A DNA stretch of 33,207 nt, taken from the NCBI GenBank assembly GCA_003567575.1, contig PWZG01000382.1, positions 1-33,207 of the forward strand. Direction: 5' to 3'. Positions 25,548-33,207 of this stretch are shown one piece after another (within the stretch, counting starts at the first letter, position 1; every line of letters begins with the position of its first letter). The translations under genes and the position numbers were made by a program. The stretch comes from PVC group bacterium (GTDB lineage: Bacteria > Verrucomicrobiota > Kiritimatiellia > CAIKKV01 > PXCX01). Below the pieces are notes generated by a model, which saw nothing but the letters and a program-made list of their open reading frames with translations, was not told the DNA's origin and ran no database searches.

Positions 25548-28500
25548 TTACTCGGGTATAACGCCTTTAAGCAGCAGTCGATAAAATTCTCGATCATCTT
25601 GCGCGGGATCGGGCGGCTCGGGAAGCAACCGGAATTCATTCAGGTTTTTGTCGATCATGATTTCGCCCTGCGCATCATGCCAGTCGATTAAGTTATGACT
25701 GCGCTGCAAAATATAAGACCAATCGTAGCCGTCCAGATTAATGCGGACCGCGGGCGCCGGACCGACGGTAAAATATTCGGATGCGCCGGAAGCCTTCTCC
25801 CACGGAATCACTGTTTGGCCATCGTTTCCGCGTTGAACTCTGATGTAGTCCGCCAGCAATTGTTCCGCGATATCCAACCCGAGTTCCAGCTTGAATATCA
25901 GCGGAATGCCGTCGGCGCCGGCGGCATAACGATCGTCTTCGATGATCACAAATTTGCCGGCAAGACTGTCCGGCACCCAAAGCGCCCGGGGATAATCAGG
26001 ATAATCGGGGTGCTGCACGAAACCATGCGGTTCCGCATTGTCCGGGCGGCGATTATTGTTCAGATCGAGAAAAGCGCGAACATAATAAGTTCCCGAGCGC
26101 AGTCCGCGCAACGTGAAAGGCGGCAAGGCATCCGGCATGGTATTGGATACAATCACCTGCGCAACCGGCCATCCTCCGAATCCCGGCGATTCAAAAGCCT
26201 GCACCACGAAAACGGCGTTGGTTATATTGCCGAAATATTCAATCTCTCCACTGATCGAGAAAGGTCCGTCCTGATCGTCCTGTAAATCTATATGCAGGAG
26301 CGCGGCATCAGAGGATACGGAATTACGGCGATTCGAGGTGATTATGCGCCAGTAATATGAACCGTCGCTCAGATTCCCGTCGCCAGCATAATACGGCAGC
26401 TTGAAACGCACGATTCCATCGTCATCGCTTGGCGGCGCGGGGCCGTAGTGGTTGACGACGAGTTGTTCGAATTTCGCGTCGTCGGCAATTTGCAGGCGGA
26501 TGGCAGCGGTATGTGGATCCATCGTCCATTGGAACGGATTGCGCGCGTAACGCAAAACATCCCCGTCCGGCCATACGATTTCCGGTGGCGCCATGGTTTC
26601 GGGGTATTCCACGTTGAACCACCCGCTGAAAAGCGTCACGCCCGTATCGGGATGTTTAACGTTCCAATCGTACCGGCCCGCAAGCATTCCTTCGAATCCG
26701 TAACCGGCCAGCAGGAAATCCTGGACATGTACATAATGACGCGGCGCCCGGATGTTTCGGTTCAGGACCTCTGGAAAACCGTGATCGCTTTTGTACCAGA
26801 TAACGACCGAATACGCATGCAGTCCTTCGACTGCACCCCAGCCGAAACGCGAAAATCCGGGTGTGGTATCCGTCAGGCCGATGGCGACGGGACCGACGGC
26901 GCCTTGACGCACGTCGACAGGTTGTCCGTAAGCCTTGCCGGCGGCTTCGCCATTGTTCCAGGTTCCGTTTGCATTGCCGTCGATAAAGGCAAAAAACCAT
27001 GTATCGCCTTCTTCAAGAAAACCAGCCGCCGGCTGGCTCAGGGCAATCTCGGCCGGAAAATCAGTTACCGCCGCGTTGAACACCGCTCCGGGTTCGCCAT
27101 CCATGTTCTGGTTATCATAAGCGTGAATCACAACGGTTCCGGTTTTGGTCCCGGTGTATCGCAAATCGAAAACCACGGTCGTCGTCGCAAACGGCGGGGC
27201 GGCATCATCAGAAAGTACGATGGTTAACGGTATTTCCGTTCCCCACTGCACGTTGATCGGCTGATCGTACGCCATGCCGGCGGGTTCGCCATCGTTCCAG
27301 GTTCCGTTTGCATTCCCGTCGATAAAGGCAAAGAACCAGTAATCGCCTTCTCCAAGATCACCCTGGTCGGACTGACTGAGCGTTAATTGAGCCGGAAAAT
27401 TGGTGACGAGCGCCGAATAAACCGCGTCCGGATCGCCGTCCAAATCCTCGTTGTCGAAAGCATGGATGACAACGGTTCCCGTGCTGGCGCCCAAATAGCG
27501 CAGGTCAACGCTCAATGTCGGCGGTTGCACTGGATCCAGGGGATTCGGATCGACGGTATCAAGCGCTTGCGATTGCAATACCTGGATTTCCTCGCGTCCC
27601 GTCCGTTCGCCTCGAAGCGCGACAAGAGGATACCCGTCCTTATCAGAAACCAAGCAGGCTTGGCTGAGAGAGCCGATCGTATTATAAATACCCGGTAATT
27701 CGCCGGATCCTTCCAGTCCGTCCCACTGCGCGCCATCCCATTTTTTCAATAATAGCCGCGAGCCGGAATTGGCCTCCTTGGCCAGCCAGGCAACCATAAG
27801 GTTTCCGGCAGGGGTAAAGGCAATTCGCGTCTTATCAATATCGGCATGCAGCGCGCCGCAAAGGCCGGGATAAACCATCGAATTATTTTGGCCACTCGTC
27901 CCCAATCCCTGCCAATAGGCGCCGCCGCCGGTTTTCAAAGCGGCTCGGACGGTGTTCGTCCCGTTCTTCTCCGCTATCCAGCTTACGGCGATAGCGCCGA
28001 AATCGTCGCAGGCCAGTGCGGCGTCACGTGCCGTGGAATCCCCGATCAGGCCGCCGGCTACCGGTTGCCATTCCGTTCCGGACCACCGCTTCACGCGAAG
28101 GCGATGCGCGGTCGCATCCGTCCACAGCAGGACGGGATATCCGGCGGAATCCACGGCCATTTTGACCGGCGCTTCCGCGGCCGCCGTTGCCACCAGGCCG
28201 GTGACGCATCCGTCAAGTCCCACCCAGTTTACGGCATTCGCATCCCATGTTTTGACCAAAACACGATCGCCTTGCCGGTACGACACGACGGGTTGGTTGT
28301 CCAAGGCGACACGCACGGTGGGCGAAACGACGTTTTCGGGAAAAACAGCGCCGCTTACACCGTGTCCCTGATAGGATTTACCGAGCTGTATCCAGCGGCT
28401 GACGCCATCCCAAAGCGTATTATCCTGCCAATCCGCGGTGAGGTAGAGCAGGTACACGGAATCCGGAATACCGGGATTTTCGTTTTCCTGAATCCAGGCC

Positions 28501-31500
28501 AGGTAGAGCGTATTGTCCTCGTCGAATGCCAGCGTCGGCGAGTGGGCCGATCCCAGTTCGTTACGGCTGACTATTTCGCGATAGGGTCCGTCGCCGTAAT
28601 GGAACCACTTGTTTTCCAGGCGCCGCCATTCGGGCCACCCGTAAGTTTCGCTATCGACCCAACGGCGCACGCCGATTTGTGAGCGCGGGTTACCCGCAGC
28701 GGTATATGCCATCACGGGCGTATTGTCGCGATCCAGCGTCAGTTCCGGATCCCTTCCCATGGGTTCGCCGGCGGACGAGACGCCGCGATTTATGACCAAG
28801 GCAAAAACTTGTCCGCCTTCAGCTCCCTCCACGGGAACCTGCGCGCCTTGAACTACGATACGGTAGTTGCCTGGTTTAAGATCGCGAATGATAATCTGTT
28901 CGACGTTATTTTCCCTGTCATGTAAAAAACGCAACTGCCGTGCATCGCTTAAAACCACGGGCTCGACGGCGGCAAAGCGCCCCGCCGTTACCGTATGCGC
29001 AGGACCGAACTCATGGTTGTCTTTGATGACGATCGGATAACTGGCCATTCCCCATGTATCGCGTCCGAGAAAATTGCCGGCATAAACCGTCTGCTGGGCG
29101 GTGCCGGGCTGGTGATAAACGCGCAAATCAAGATCATTGACCAGGTTCCTCGCCGAACCGGGAGAACCAGGGACATCGCTCCAGGTCAGGGTTATTTTCA
29201 ACGAGCCACCGCCTTCTCCATGAGGCACGTTATAAAAGTGCTGCCAATCAGCGCCGGTGGTAATCGGGGCCACCTGGTGTTCGTCAAAAATGGTTAGTTT
29301 GTTATCGGCGAATGTTCCCGCTCCCAGCACGGCGCCGGCTATATCCAGTTTGCCCCAACCGTCATGAATGACGTCTTCCCGGCGCAGGCCGTCCAGTTGC
29401 TCCGTCAAATCCGGATGAGCGCTGATAACGTAACCCAGACCGATGTCATAATTCTGTTTAATTTCCGAGGCCGACAACTCCGTGTTGTAAAAGCGCAATT
29501 CATCGATATCCGCCGTCAGACCTCCCAACGTCCATTCCGCGGTCTGTATGCCGATGGGCGAAACCACGGCCACATGATTCCAGCCGTCACCCAGATAATG
29601 CACCTGGGCAGTTCCGTTAACATAAATTTTGGCGTTTTCCATGCCGAAAACGCCGATGGCGTTGCCGGGTTTGAGCAGTATCCGCAAGTCCACTTCGTTT
29701 TCCGTTACAAAATCAAGAATCGGGTAGGTATCCATCGCCATACCCTGTACTTTTATCCAGAATTCGATGGTGCGTGCCTGGAACTCGGTATCCTGGCGCC
29801 AGCCGTTGGTGATGGCATTCTCCGTCATCTCGAAATGGACGGAGCCGCCCTTGAAACGAACAAACTGTTCGAAACCGGGATTGGCGTTTTCGTTCTCGAA
29901 TTCGACGACTCCCTCCAAGATGTAACCGGGGATGAAGACGTTGGTGCCGTTGACGGATATCAATTCTTCATCGTTCAAAAAATCGTTCTCGAAAGACCAC
30001 CAGCCGAACACATCGTTATGCGGAACGATCTCGCCTGCATGCGTAATATTCTCTATCGCCAGTGCGGATGAATCCCGTTTGGGTCCCCATTCGTAGGCGC
30101 TGCCGTGCAGGTTGTGCGCGCCGCTGACGAGCAGGGCTTTTATCATCGCCGGACTGGGAGCCGCGCCGTATAAACCTATATAGTGCTGCCGCAGCAGGGC
30201 GGCGGCGCCGGAAGCGAATGCCGTCGCGCGTGACGTGCCGCTCATAAAGGCGTATTTCGAGCCGCTATCTACGTTGCCGTGATTAAAGTCGCGAATTTCG
30301 CCCAGCGGACTGTCAATGATTTCGGTATTGATATCGGACGACTGCAACGAGAGAACATATTCCCCCGGCGCCACCAGGTCCGGCTTTACGCGTCCATGGA
30401 TTGGCCCGCGGCCGCTGTAAGACGCCACCTGCCAGTCGGAATCGGTCGCCTGCAGACTTCTGTACGGGGATTGCGTCAGGTTGTCGGCATCGCGTTGCTG
30501 TTCGATGGCGCCGATAGTTATCACGTTTTTGGCGTTGCCCGGCTGCGATATGGTTCCCGGCGAACCGCTCGTGCCGGAGGTTGTACCCGCGCCGCTGTTG
30601 CCCGCGGCAAAAAATACTGTATAGGCCTTCTTGTCCTCCGTGGACATATCCACGTCCCTGACCAGCGAATCCCATTGCATGCTGGCTATGCCGTATTCGA
30701 AATTATCGCTCGCGCCCCAACTGTTGTTGGCGATGCGGGCTCCGCGTTGATAAGCTTCCATGGCGATCTCGTAAGGCTGAAACGCATTGTAGTCCTCGAT
30801 CATGACGTATTGCGCGTTGGTTGCCATGCCGGCGAACTGGTACGCCGCATACGGCGGGCCGGCCGAGCCCGGCGCGGAATTCACCGTGTCCGACAAGGCG
30901 CCACTGCCGAGTATCGTGCCCACAACATGCGTCCCATGCCCTTCATAATCATGTCCCGGCGTTCCCCCCGGGGGAGCGACATAGCCCTGGGGTACCAAAC
31001 GCCCGGCCAGAGCGGGATGGGAAACGTCCGCGCCGGTATCGCTGACCCCGATGATTTGTCCCGATCCGTCGAGAGAGGGAAGCGTTTTGCGCACCAGGTT
31101 GCGGCGGGTTGTCACAATTCCCAAATCGTTCATGGGCTCGAAACGGGGCACCGGTTCGACCCATTTCACGGCATCGGAATGCAGCAGGGCGTACAAATTA
31201 TCGGAGTCCATGTCGACTTCAGCCACCGCCTGCCGCGGCAAGGCGGGCAATTCACGCATTCGGGCTCCGGCAATTCCGAGGGCGCCGCGGCGCGGGACGA
31301 CCGCCGGCACATCCAGCGAAGGCAGATCTCCCGACGCGTCATGATCAATGGCCGCGGCAACGGCTGTTTCCGGATCGCCAAACAACAACACATGATAACG
31401 GCCGGATCCGGCCCGTGTCGCCGCGGTCTCGGCGTCCGGCGTGCCGGTCAGATACGCCTGCACATCGCTGTTCATCTTGAAAAAAGGATGGAAAGGTTCC

Positions 31501-32066
31501 ACATGACGCACACCTGGAGCGTTTCGCAAGCGCGTAATCGCCTGATGATCGCCGCTGACGGCCAGGGCGCGGTTCGGCACGAAATGTTCGACTCTCAATT
31601 CGCGGTCAGCGATAAAATCCCAGTGCTTGCCGGAAATAGGTTCGTCGAAAACAATAATTGCCCGGCGGTAATCTCCGGACGCGCGAAATTCCTCCGGTAT
31701 CATGGGGCCCGGTCCGCCCCCGCGTATTATATCCGTATCAATGATGGCGTTGCGCAGCATGATAACGGACGGATCCCGCGATAAAATGTCTATCGGCCGG
31801 TCTGCATTGGTCAGGATACCCGCCGCGCTCAAACGTTTTCGTTCGCTATCCGGCATAGAGGACGGTTGCAAAGCTTCTTCCGTGGATTGCAGCGCTACGG
31901 TAGCGGGCAGCGAATCCGGATGGGGAACTTCGCTGATTTCGAAGACCGGCAATTGTTCCGTCGTTGCCGAACGGTCAGCAAACAGCAAACGAAAACCGGT
32001 CCAAGCTACCAGGATTATTGACAAGCCAATAACGAAATAACGCCAGCGTATCTTACGTGTATGCAT
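25548..32066 (-). CDS. Giant (2172 aa) membrane-anchored multidomain subtilisin-like serine protease (peptidase S8)
   Basis: - An N-terminal signal anchor is present (RWRYFVIGLSIILVAWTGFRLLFA).
- Propeptide-like segments follow.
- The S8 triad motifs are VSDTG (Asp codon 31038-31040), HGTHV (His codon 30936-30938) and SGTSRA (Ser codon 30231-30233), with oxyanion NNSWG.
- A LamG-like module ends in DELRFYNTELSASEIKQNY (about 29440-30000).
- A DLDLRVY beta-sandwich is present.
- W-rich propeller-like repeats span about 27390-28770.
- Two tandem 113-aa modules are followed by a third, related module. Confidence 0.9.
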   Translation of the reverse strand: MHTRKIRWRYFVIGLSIILVAWTGFRLLFADRSATTEQLPVFEISEVPHPDSLPATVALQSTEEALQPSSMPDSERKRLSAAGILTNADRPIDILSRDPSVIMLRNAIIDTDIIRGGGPGPMIPEEFRASGDYRRAIIVFDEPISGKHWDFIADRELRVEHFVPNRALAVSGDHQAITRLRNAPGVRHVEPFHPFFKMNSDVQAYLTGTPDAETAATRAGSGRYHVLLFGDPETAVAAAIDHDASGDLPSLDVPAVVPRRGALGIAGARMRELPALPRQAVAEVDMDSDNLYALLHSDAVKWVEPVPRFEPMNDLGIVTTRRNLVRKTLPSLDGSGQIIGVSDTGADVSHPALAGRLVPQGYVAPPGGTPGHDYEGHGTHVVGTILGSGALSDTVNSAPGSAGPPYAAYQFAGMATNAQYVMIEDYNAFQPYEIAMEAYQRGARIANNSWGASDNFEYGIASMQWDSLVRDVDMSTEDKKAYTVFFAAGNSGAGTTSGTSGSPGTISQPGNAKNVITIGAIEQQRDADNLTQSPYRSLQATDSDWQVASYSGRGPIHGRVKPDLVAPGEYVLSLQSSDINTEIIDSPLGEIRDFNHGNVDSGSKYAFMSGTSRATAFASGAAALLRQHYIGLYGAAPSPAMIKALLVSGAHNLHGSAYEWGPKRDSSALAIENITHAGEIVPHNDVFGWWSFENDFLNDEELISVNGTNVFIPGYILEGVVEFENENANPGFEQFVRFKGGSVHFEMTENAITNGWRQDTEFQARTIEFWIKVQGMAMDTYPILDFVTENEVDLRILLKPGNAIGVFGMENAKIYVNGTAQVHYLGDGWNHVAVVSPIGIQTAEWTLGGLTADIDELRFYNTELSASEIKQNYDIGLGYVISAHPDLTEQLDGLRREDVIHDGWGKLDIAGAVLGAGTFADNKLTIFDEHQVAPITTGADWQHFYNVPHGEGGGSLKITLTWSDVPGSPGSARNLVNDLDLRVYHQPGTAQQTVYAGNFLGRDTWGMASYPIVIKDNHEFGPAHTVTAGRFAAVEPVVLSDARQLRFLHDRENNVEQIIIRDLKPGNYRIVVQGAQVPVEGAEGGQVFALVINRGVSSAGEPMGRDPELTLDRDNTPVMAYTAAGNPRSQIGVRRWVDSETYGWPEWRRLENKWFHYGDGPYREIVSRNELGSAHSPTLAFDEDNTLYLAWIQENENPGIPDSVYLLYLTADWQDNTLWDGVSRWIQLGKSYQGHGVSGAVFPENVVSPTVRVALDNQPVVSYRQGDRVLVKTWDANAVNWVGLDGCVTGLVATAAAEAPVKMAVDSAGYPVLLWTDATAHRLRVKRWSGTEWQPVAGGLIGDSTARDAALACDDFGAIAVSWIAEKNGTNTVRAALKTGGGAYWQGLGTSGQNNSMVYPGLCGALHADIDKTRIAFTPAGNLMVAWLAKEANSGSRLLLKKWDGAQWDGLEGSGELPGIYNTIGSLSQACLVSDKDGYPLVALRGERTGREEIQVLQSQALDTVDPNPLDPVQPPTLSVDLRYLGASTGTVVIHAFDNEDLDGDPDAVYSALVTNFPAQLTLSQSDQGDLGEGDYWFFAFIDGNANGTWNDGEPAGMAYDQPINVQWGTEIPLTIVLSDDAAPPFATTTVVFDLRYTGTKTGTVVIHAYDNQNMDGEPGAVFNAAVTDFPAEIALSQPAAGFLEEGDTWFFAFIDGNANGTWNNGEAAGKAYGQPVDVRQGAVGPVAIGLTDTTPGFSRFGWGAVEGLHAYSVVIWYKSDHGFPEVLNRNIRAPRHYVHVQDFLLAGYGFEGMLAGRYDWNVKHPDTGVTLFSGWFNVEYPETMAPPEIVWPDGDVLRYARNPFQWTMDPHTAAIRLQIADDAKFEQLVVNHYGPAPPSDDDGIVRFKLPYYAGDGNLSDGSYYWRIITSNRRNSVSSDAALLHIDLQDDQDGPFSISGEIEYFGNITNAVFVVQAFESPGFGGWPVAQVIVSNTMPDALPPFTLRGLRSGTYYVRAFLDLNNNRRPDNAEPHGFVQHPDYPDYPRALWVPDSLAGKFVIIEDDRYAAGADGIPLIFKLELGLDIAEQLLADYIRVQRGNDGQTVIPWEKASGASEYFTVGPAPAVRINLDGYDWSYILQRSHNLIDWHDAQGEIMIDKNLNEFRLLPEPPDPAQDDREFYRLLLKGVIPE

Positions 32067-32204
32067 AACATCTAATTTTCCGGCAAACCTTTGCTCGGAG
32101 ATATCGGACAGATTTTCCCCGGCTGGATCTCGTCATCCATCAATCACGACACCACACCGTTTTGTTGACAAAGCGTTGTAAGACGTATCAGGGGGTGCGG
32201 CACA

Positions 32205-32354
32205 TCATACGGAGCGCCGTCCCTGAATTAGCCGGACCAACACCATAACGACCGCAATCACCAGAAGAACGTGAACGAATCCGCCCATTGTGGTGCTGCT
32301 TACCAATCCCAGTAACCAGAGAACCAGCAAAACTACCGCTATAGTCCAAAGCAT
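32205..32354 (-). CDS. lmo0937-family small membrane protein (49 aa)
   Basis: This ORF is not in the ORF track because it is under the size cutoff. The minus strand has the RBS tagAAGGGAGtttctc before the ATG. The translation is MLWTIAVVLLVLWLLGLVSSTTMGGFVHVLLVIAVVMVLVRLIQGRRSV. This is the conserved two-helix pattern of the family (MLWTI..(I/V)LL(V/I)LWLLG......GG.(I/V)H.LLVIA(V/I)......L(I/V)QGR). Confidence 0.75.
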   Translation of the reverse strand: MLWTIAVVLLVLWLLGLVSSTTMGGFVHVLLVIAVVMVLVRLIQGRRSV

Positions 32355-32558
32355 GAGAAACTCCCTTCTATTGATTTGATCTTTTTCCTAATGCAATAAT
32401 AATAGTATAGGTGACGGGACAGCCTTTTGCGATGGGGTCTAACCCTACCTCGTGCGGCACAGGATCGATCATCTTCGGGAAGATCAGCCTTTCACAATAG
32501 ATTGCGCTGAAAAACCCTCATGTTCCTGGATTCGGAATGGGCAGGCGCCCCACCACGC

Positions 32559-32646
32559 CGTACTCGTACACATACTGTCATACACGCAACTCTCTGTTTT
32601 TAAGCATATTCCAGATTGGGAGTGACCGAGTAGGTGTACGAGTACG
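32559..32646. repeat. 13-bp perfect inverted repeat with a 62-nt spacer
   Basis: CGTACTCGTACAC (32559-32571) and GTGTACGAGTACG (32634-32646) are exact reverse complements. Four more pairs follow inward after one mismatch. The arms again look quasi-periodic (gtactc gtacac atactg). Confidence 0.45.
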
Positions 32647-32772
32647 AATTTGTCGCTACCTGCGCTCGTCCGGCCGAGGACCCGCCGCGGGCGGGCAAGC
32701 GGCCGGCTCCATATTTTGGAGACGGCGGTCTCCGCCGTTATCAGAGCTCTATGTAGCGACAATTCTGAGACG

Positions 32773-32972
32773 ATTAGTCCCTTATTCAAGCATGGTTGCG
32801 TATAAAAACAAGAAAAATGACGCGGAGCCATGGATGGTGTCGGGCAAGAGGTCAGAGGTCGGAGGTCAGAGGCGAACGTCGAACATCGAAGTTAAGAAAG
32901 GCATCTCAAGATTCCCCATTTCGACGTTCCATGTTGACTTTTCGATGTTCTATGTTGGATATTGGATATTCT
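32773..32972 (+). repeat. Interspersed repeat copy D: full core plus heptamer tracts forming an inverted repeat
   Basis: The core spans 32773-32845. It is followed by AGGTCAG AGGTCGG AGGTCAG AGGCGAA CGTCGAA CATCGAA (32847-32890). A roughly 27-nt centre comes next. The right arm is TTTCGAC GTTCCAT GTTGACT TTTCGAT GTTCTAT GTTGGAT ATTGGAT (32918-32967). Confidence 0.6.
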
Positions 32973-33207
32973 CTCATATCCTGAAAAACCTGAGTCGCCC
33001 AAGTGCCCCCACTCGTTTGAGAGAACAGGGAAAACCTGGGCGAAAATCTTCGGGGGGCGAGAACGATGAGTAAACTACCATTCGCTCACCGATTTGCGGC
33101 CGCTGTAGGACGGGATGCCATCCCGTCCCACGAAAGACGCCACAAAAGGATCTTGAGAGGCATCCGTGGCCAGCAAGATCCGTGACCGGTTATCGTCGTC
33201 GCGATCA

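Noticed and set aside
32484-33073. ORFs 32537..33073 (+, 178 aa), 32484..32831 (-) and 32796..32984 (+).
   Set aside because: They span repeat copy D and its hairpin arms. They have no RBS and no family motif. The homologous repeat copies elsewhere are interrupted by stops.
33075-33206. A minus-strand frame open to the right window edge (43 codons, ending ...GRDGIPSYSGRKSVSEW then stop). It also contains the hairpin ggacgggat-gcc-atcccgtcc at 33107-33127.
   Set aside because: It is too short and has no recognisable motif, so it cannot be distinguished from chance. The hairpin has no adjacent U-tract on either strand, so I do not call a terminator.
1-33207. A search by eye for tRNA, rRNA, tmRNA, transposase, integrase or recombinase genes.
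   Set aside because: I found no T-loop/acceptor-type sequences, no rRNA-like stretches and no DDE or tyrosine/serine recombinase motifs in any frame. The only mobile-element trace is the intron RT relic.

Overview
This is a moderately GC-rich bacterial chromosomal segment with AGGAG-type ribosome binding sites. I support 19 protein genes and find no rRNA, tRNA or CRISPR array.

Gene content, left to right:
- A HEPN-type toxin-like gene lies at the left edge, followed by a decayed group II intron reverse-transcriptase relic.
- A cytoplasmic beta-propeller glycoside-hydrolase-like gene follows.
- An amino-sugar/sugar-acid cluster contains a YhcH/DUF386 protein and a LarA-like nickel-pincer racemase/epimerase homolog. 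These converge on an LmbE-type deacetylase and a NagB-like deaminase.
- A long minus-strand run carries a DeoR regulator, a fused E1 alpha-beta 2-oxoacid dehydrogenase, E2, E3 (lpdA), dxr, rseP and ispG.
- A plus-strand glycan-processing module carries an FAD oxidoreductase, a right-handed beta-helix protein, a URO-D-family protein and a secreted DUF4838 protein.
- A 2172-aa membrane-anchored S8 subtilase carries a LamG-like insertion, a propeller-like repeat region and a recent internal tandem duplication.
- A 49-aa lmo0937-family membrane protein falls below the ORF-track size cutoff.

The least ordinary signal is non-coding. A conserved core of about 60-70 nt occurs four times, always in plus orientation and always intergenic. 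It is joined to tracts of degenerate 7-mers (GTGTCGG, AGGTCRG, CGAACRT/ATCGAAC, GGATGTT) or 8-mers (GGAATAWT). These tracts form long imperfect inverted repeats at gene boundaries.

Three truncated gene stubs sit next to these elements: a GH38 mid-fragment, a GH130 N-terminus and a weak DapA/NanA-like N-terminus. This suggests the carbohydrate loci have been rearranged around the elements.

Functional calls rest on motifs I recognised by eye. No database search was run.
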